Virus record (IMG/VR): IMGVR_UViG_2778261568_000008
Span: 1-33,324 of that record
Strand: one strand, 5' to 3'
DNA length: 33,324 bases
Source of the DNA: a virus
Taxonomy: Duplodnaviria > Heunggongvirae > Uroviricota > Caudoviricetes
Part shown: positions 29,247-33,324 of the stretch, in pieces
How the letters are laid out: every line of letters begins with the position of its first letter
Numbering within the stretch: the stretch's first letter is position 1
The notes under the pieces: model-generated
What the model was told of the DNA's origin: nothing
Database searches by the model: none
What the model saw: only the letters and a program-made list of their open reading frames with translations
Translations under genes and position numbers: made by a program

Positions 29247-30144
29247 TAGTATAGCAATTTTAGAAGCAGTGAACACCTCTTACGTACCATTCAACGGTCA
29301 GCAAATTATCACCGCCATGGCTGCCGGAGTTGCATACGTTGCGATGAAGCCAATCGTTGAAAACCTTGGAATGAGTTGGGGTACTCAGCAACAAAAACTT
29401 ATGAAACAACTAGATAAGTTCAACTGTATTCATATGAATATGGTTGCCGCTGATGGGAAGCTTCGTAAGCTACTCTGCCTTCCTTTGAAGAAGTTAAATG
29501 GATGGCTGTTCAGCATCAACCCTGAGAAAGTTCGAGCTGACATCCGCGATAAACTGATTCAGTACCAGGAAGAATGCTTTACTGTACTGCATGACTACTG
29601 GACAAAGGGAAAGGCAGAAAATGCACGTAAGAAAACATCTGTTGATGACAGGACTCCGCTTCGTGATGCTGTAAATATGCTAGTCAGCAAAAAGCATCTA
29701 ATGTACCCAGAAGCTTATGCAATGATTCATCAGCGTTTCAATGTGGAAAGTATTGAAGAGCTTGATGCATCTCAGATACCGCAAGCCGTAGAGTACATCC
29801 ACAGGGTAGTGCTTGAAGGTGAGTTCATCGGCAAACAAGAGAAGAAAACCAACGAGCTTTCTGCAAAAGAAGCAAACAGCCTTGTATGGCTATGGGATTA
29901 TGCCAACCGCTCACAGGCATTATTCCGCGAACTGTATCCGGCGCTGAAACAAATTCAATCGAACTATTCCGGCAGATGTCATGACTGCGGTTATGAGTTC
30001 TCCCGTATTATCGATATAGCGAGAGACGTTTTAATCAATCACTCACGAGATGTTGATATCAATGAGCCAGACGGACCAACGAATCTTTCCGCATGGATGA
30101 GACTTAAGAATAAAGAATTACCTCCTTCAGTACATAACTACTGA
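29242..30144 (+). CDS. ant: Antirepressor Ant (P22 type)
   Basis: 300 aa matching my recollection of P22 Ant; GGAG RBS before the ATG at 29242. Confidence 0.9.
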   Translation: MNSIAILEAVNTSYVPFNGQQIITAMAAGVAYVAMKPIVENLGMSWGTQQQKLMKQLDKFNCIHMNMVAADGKLRKLLCLPLKKLNGWLFSINPEKVRADIRDKLIQYQEECFTVLHDYWTKGKAENARKKTSVDDRTPLRDAVNMLVSKKHLMYPEAYAMIHQRFNVESIEELDASQIPQAVEYIHRVVLEGEFIGKQEKKTNELSAKEANSLVWLWDYANRSQALFRELYPALKQIQSNYSGRCHDCGYEFSRIIDIARDVLINHSRDVDINEPDGPTNLSAWMRLKNKELPPSVHNY

Positions 30145-30162
30145 CAGATAACCAACGCAACG

Positions 30163-30187
30163 ACCCAGCTTCGGCTGGGTTTTTTTA
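30163..30187 (+). terminator. Rho-independent terminator after ant
   Basis: ACCCAGC-TTCG-GCTGGGT hairpin followed by TTTTTTT. Confidence 0.65.
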
Positions 30188-30243
30188 TGCCCAAAATTCA
30201 CCGTAGCTACGCTGCGGCGATTCCTTGTATCTGGAGCAATGAA

Positions 30244-31680
30244 ATGTCAGATATCACCGCAAATGTTGTGGTAAGCATGCCTTCGCAACTCTTCACTATG
30301 GCTCGTTCTTTTAAAGCCGTAGCCAATGGCAAAATTTATATCGGTAAAATTGACACTGACCCAGTAAATCCTGAAAACCAGATTCAGGTTTATGTGGAGA
30401 ATGAAGACGGTTCTCACATTCCTGTTTCTCAACCAATCATCATTAACGCCGCTGGTTACCCTGTATATAACGGACAGATTGCCAAGTTCGTAACTGTGCA
30501 AGGCCATTCTATGGCTGTTTATGATGCGTATGGTACACAGCAGTTCTATTTTCCGAATGTGCTGAAGTATGACCCGGATCAGTTAAGAGTAGTTTTGACT
30601 GGACAGTCTGGTGATGGACTTAATAATTTTTATGCTGGCTCAGGATGGACTGGTTCAGATGCAGCTGGTGACAATATTTATAACAATGAAACTATCATAT
30701 ATAAAAATGCTACACGACAGAGATTCTCCATACCAGAAACACCAATTCCAGATCCCATTATTTGGCTGGAAAAAATTAGTTCTGCAACTAGGGATGACGG
30801 CATCAAACGATGGGATCAGGGGGTAATTTATAACTCTTTGCGCAAGGTGTCAGGAAGTGCATATACATGCACAACTACAAGTGTTGCTAAGCATGAGGGA
30901 GGGAATGGGCATTCAATTGGTCACCACATGCGTGGAGAATCAAGAAATCCGCAAGCCGAAACATGGGGGGGGTGGTCATATGGTGCAGTATTAGGAGATG
31001 CAGTGCAGAATGGAGCGATTAGCACTATTGCACATGAATTTAATCTGAATAATCGAGGTCCCGATAAAGGATGGATGGAGAATGCACAGCAAGGATCTGT
31101 AAGAGGGTTGGTATGTGTAACTCAGGATAAAAGCAATCCAGTAACACAGATGATTACCATCGGAAGAGGGAGTGAAGCTCCAAATGGTTATATCTGGACA
31201 GGAATGTTGTTTAGAGGTAATTCTATTTCCACTCCAACAGAGGAACTAACCGAGGTAGGTAATGGCGAATACATCAGACTTGAGGGATCTCTATCATCTA
31301 GAGCTGCAAACGGCATTAGATTTAGAACAAATTATTTTAGGAGTGGAATTTCATTTTCTGAAGCTGGATTTTCAAACAACTGCGCAATTTTGATGGGCGA
31401 CAATCAACGAATTACGGTAGGAACGGGCCCGGCAAATACAACACATTTGAGTTTCAACAGGGCTGAGAACTGGGCTAACTTCAACAACTTAAGAATACGA
31501 CTTAATGGCAATCAAGTTATTTCAGAGAGGAGGACGGGATGGGGATCGCCAACCGGCACCGTATCCCGAGCAGCATTTAACTCTGGAACAATAACTCACG
31601 AAGATTTAGCAAAGGTAGTTGCAGCATTAATTCAGGACTTACATGCTTCGACCGGGCATGGATTAATTGGTTTAACTTAA
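30244..31680 (+). CDS. Tailspike protein: P22 gp9-type N-terminal head-binding domain plus a different C-terminal receptor-binding domain
   Basis: N-terminal 110 aa ([11 protein letters not shown] ... VLKYDPDQ) resemble the P22 tailspike head-binding domain; the remaining 370 aa do not resemble the P22 beta-helix. Confidence 0.85.
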   Translation: MSDITANVVVSMPSQLFTMARSFKAVANGKIYIGKIDTDPVNPENQIQVYVENEDGSHIPVSQPIIINAAGYPVYNGQIAKFVTVQGHSMAVYDAYGTQQFYFPNVLKYDPDQLRVVLTGQSGDGLNNFYAGSGWTGSDAAGDNIYNNETIIYKNATRQRFSIPETPIPDPIIWLEKISSATRDDGIKRWDQGVIYNSLRKVSGSAYTCTTTSVAKHEGGNGHSIGHHMRGESRNPQAETWGGWSYGAVLGDAVQNGAISTIAHEFNLNNRGPDKGWMENAQQGSVRGLVCVTQDKSNPVTQMITIGRGSEAPNGYIWTGMLFRGNSISTPTEELTEVGNGEYIRLEGSLSSRAANGIRFRTNYFRSGISFSEAGFSNNCAILMGDNQRITVGTGPANTTHLSFNRAENWANFNNLRIRLNGNQVISERRTGWGSPTGTVSRAAFNSGTITHEDLAKVVAALIQDLHASTGHGLIGLT

Positions 31681-31692
31681 CAGGACAATAAA

Positions 31693-31854
31693 ATGGATAA
31701 GCAAACTATTCAGAATATCATGCAGTTTATGCTTCGCGTAAATCTTAGCGGTCATGAAGTTCCTGCTTTTAATGCTTCAATGAATGCATTGCAGGCAGAA
31801 TTAGATAGCCCTATCGAATCTCTTCACGAGGTAAAGAATGGCACTGACGAATGA
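31693..31854 (+). CDS. Small hypothetical protein (53 aa)
   Basis: ATG ORF after the tailspike; overlaps the next ORF by 17 nt. Not in the ORF track. Confidence 0.35.
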   Translation: MDKQTIQNIMQFMLRVNLSGHEVPAFNASMNALQAELDSPIESLHEVKNGTDE

Positions 31855-32080
31855 TAATGAAGGATCTGTTTATATTCGCGTTGAACTGCCAAGAGTGCAC
31901 GGAAAGTACCGTGCACAATACGATCTCATTCAGTATATTGACCATCCAATAACCGGCGAAAAAGCACAGATAGACCGTCAAACAATGGAATGCGATTATG
32001 ACCTCGCTGGTCCTAATATCTTCGAGCAGTGCTATAAACATGCGAAGACAGAACTTCCTTATGCGACAATTGATTGCTAG
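31838..32080 (+). CDS. Small hypothetical protein (80 aa)
   Basis: ORF from the track; AT-rich region. Confidence 0.4.
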   Translation: MALTNDNEGSVYIRVELPRVHGKYRAQYDLIQYIDHPITGEKAQIDRQTMECDYDLAGPNIFEQCYKHAKTELPYATIDC

Positions 32081-32115
32081 CTGAAAATAATGGCAATTCT
32101 AAGGCATGGGAAGGT

Positions 32116-32147
32116 AAAAAAGGCGGGATTTCCCGCCTTATTTTATT
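32116..32147. terminator. Bidirectional terminator between the small ORFs and the convergent glycosyltransferase gene
   Basis: GGCGGGA-TT-TCCCGCC hairpin flanked by A-rich and T-rich runs on both sides. Confidence 0.6.
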
Positions 32148-33324
32148 GGAAGTATGACTCTGTTTTCTTTCTGTTGAGTTTTGAACCAGTGCCTTTATAT
32201 CCGGCAGTAACATGAAATTCCCACTCGTTACGCTGCAATGCATCTTTGGTTAATCCGTAGAATCTCACTAAATATCCGCAGTCCAGATTGTAATCTGGGA
32301 ACTTCGCTACAACATCTGAGCGCTGAATTTTTTCCTCCAGAAAACCGGGCAGGATCTCCTGTCCTATGCGTAAGTTAAAGAACTGCTGCTCAACGCCCTC
32401 AGTGGGCACGCACCATCCTGTGAAAATGCATGACCCGTCATCTTCTCTCACCCTGTCTACGTAACCATGCCACGTTATTCTACTTTCATCGCGCTCAACC
32501 GTTAATGCTTGCTCCAGATTCAGCCCCATACCCTTCAGGTATTCATAAACTCCATCCATAATAAAGAACTTAGACGGGTTGATAGATTTCGAAGCTGCAT
32601 GCATATCGTAATATTCAGTCTGAGTCATCAGGAACTTTTTGACTAAATGATGTCTCGCCCCTTTGAATGCCTTCAGAGCCTCAATATCATTGACGTCAAC
32701 AAGACCCTCCAGTTTATTCCTGGCGCTGGCGATATAGTCATCATAGTTCTTATGGTGGAAGTGAAGATAAATGATATCCGTATCAACTTGCTGGCCTGAC
32801 TCAACCTCACCGCGATGGAAGCCATTACCCAGCGCAGTGATTCTTGATTTAGGGAAGAACACTTTCTCAGGCTTAGGGCTTAACGCAAATTCTTTTGGGT
32901 TAAGTGGATGGTTGCCATATGTATATTTAATTTTAAATGTGGCGTCGGTATCTATATATTTTGATAATTCATTCAACACATCATTTTTAGACAGCGACAC
33001 CTTACCCTTTGAAAATTCAACGCCGACAAACTCATCACAATCAAGTGGCATCATAAAATCATAGCCATGAGAATTCTTTAATTCTTCGTATTTGTCTACG
33101 AAGTAGATATGTCTGGTATTGAAATCATCAAAGGTGCTTCTGTCATAAACGACATTCATCCCTTTTCCCGAATATTCCTTCAGAATGTTAAGGCATCGCT
33201 CATCTGCTGACCCGTTATCGTAGACGTATAAATTTTCAAGGCCAAAAAGCTCAGCATGATGCAGTATCCATGGCTCAAGAAGCCGGTACTCATCCTTTTG
33301 CATCATCAAAACAGCAACTTTCAT
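32143..33324 (-). CDS. Family-2 (GT-A fold) glycosyltransferase, 393 aa
   Basis: VYDNGSAD and DCDEF (DxD) motifs; no obvious TM segments; the start codon is the last three bases of the window, so the promoter lies outside. Confidence 0.85.
   Translation of the reverse strand: MKVAVLMMQKDEYRLLEPWILHHAELFGLENLYVYDNGSADERCLNILKEYSGKGMNVVYDRSTFDDFNTRHIYFVDKYEELKNSHGYDFMMPLDCDEFVGVEFSKGKVSLSKNDVLNELSKYIDTDATFKIKYTYGNHPLNPKEFALSPKPEKVFFPKSRITALGNGFHRGEVESGQQVDTDIIYLHFHHKNYDDYIASARNKLEGLVDVNDIEALKAFKGARHHLVKKFLMTQTEYYDMHAASKSINPSKFFIMDGVYEYLKGMGLNLEQALTVERDESRITWHGYVDRVREDDGSCIFTGWCVPTEGVEQQFFNLRIGQEILPGFLEEKIQRSDVVAKFPDYNLDCGYLVRFYGLTKDALQRNEWEFHVTAGYKGTGSKLNRKKTESYFQ

Overview
This window is the interior of a mosaic lambdoid / P22-like prophage from an Enterobacteriaceae host (E. 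coli / Shigella / Salmonella type). Product names are assigned from motifs read in the six-frame translations and from remembered similarity to lambda, P22 and Sf6 proteins; no database search was run. Left to right: (1) the end of the leftward PL operon (Ral-like protein, N antiterminator, nutL, PL/OL); (2) the immunity region: a small membrane protein translationally coupled to a P22 C2-like repressor, a tripartite OR with PRM/PR, Cro, nutR and CII; (3) replication: an O-like initiator with internal ori iterons and a DnaB-family helicase; (4) a nin region (NinB, NinE, NinF, YbcO-like, RusA, NinH, plus a KilAC antirepressor inactivated by one in-frame TAA); (5) a lambda-type Q, PR', tR' and S-R-Rz/Rz1 lysis cassette; (6) an AT-rich moron carrying a stand-alone cytoplasmic trypsin-like serine protease; (7) Sf6/P22-like packaging, head, tail-hub and ejection genes, with an HNH homing endonuclease inserted into the 5' end of the gp10-like gene; (8) a P22 immI module (mnt, arc, ant with operators) preceded by two moron genes at the sieA position; (9) a tailspike with a P22-type N-terminal domain and an unrelated C-terminal domain; (10) two small ORFs and a convergent family-2 glycosyltransferase at the right edge. 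No tRNA, rRNA, CRISPR array, IS element, integrase or att site was found. The most likely places for an undescribed accessory or defence function are the cI-coupled membrane protein, the protease moron, the sieA-position gene pair and the glycosyltransferase module; none can be assigned a function from sequence alone.
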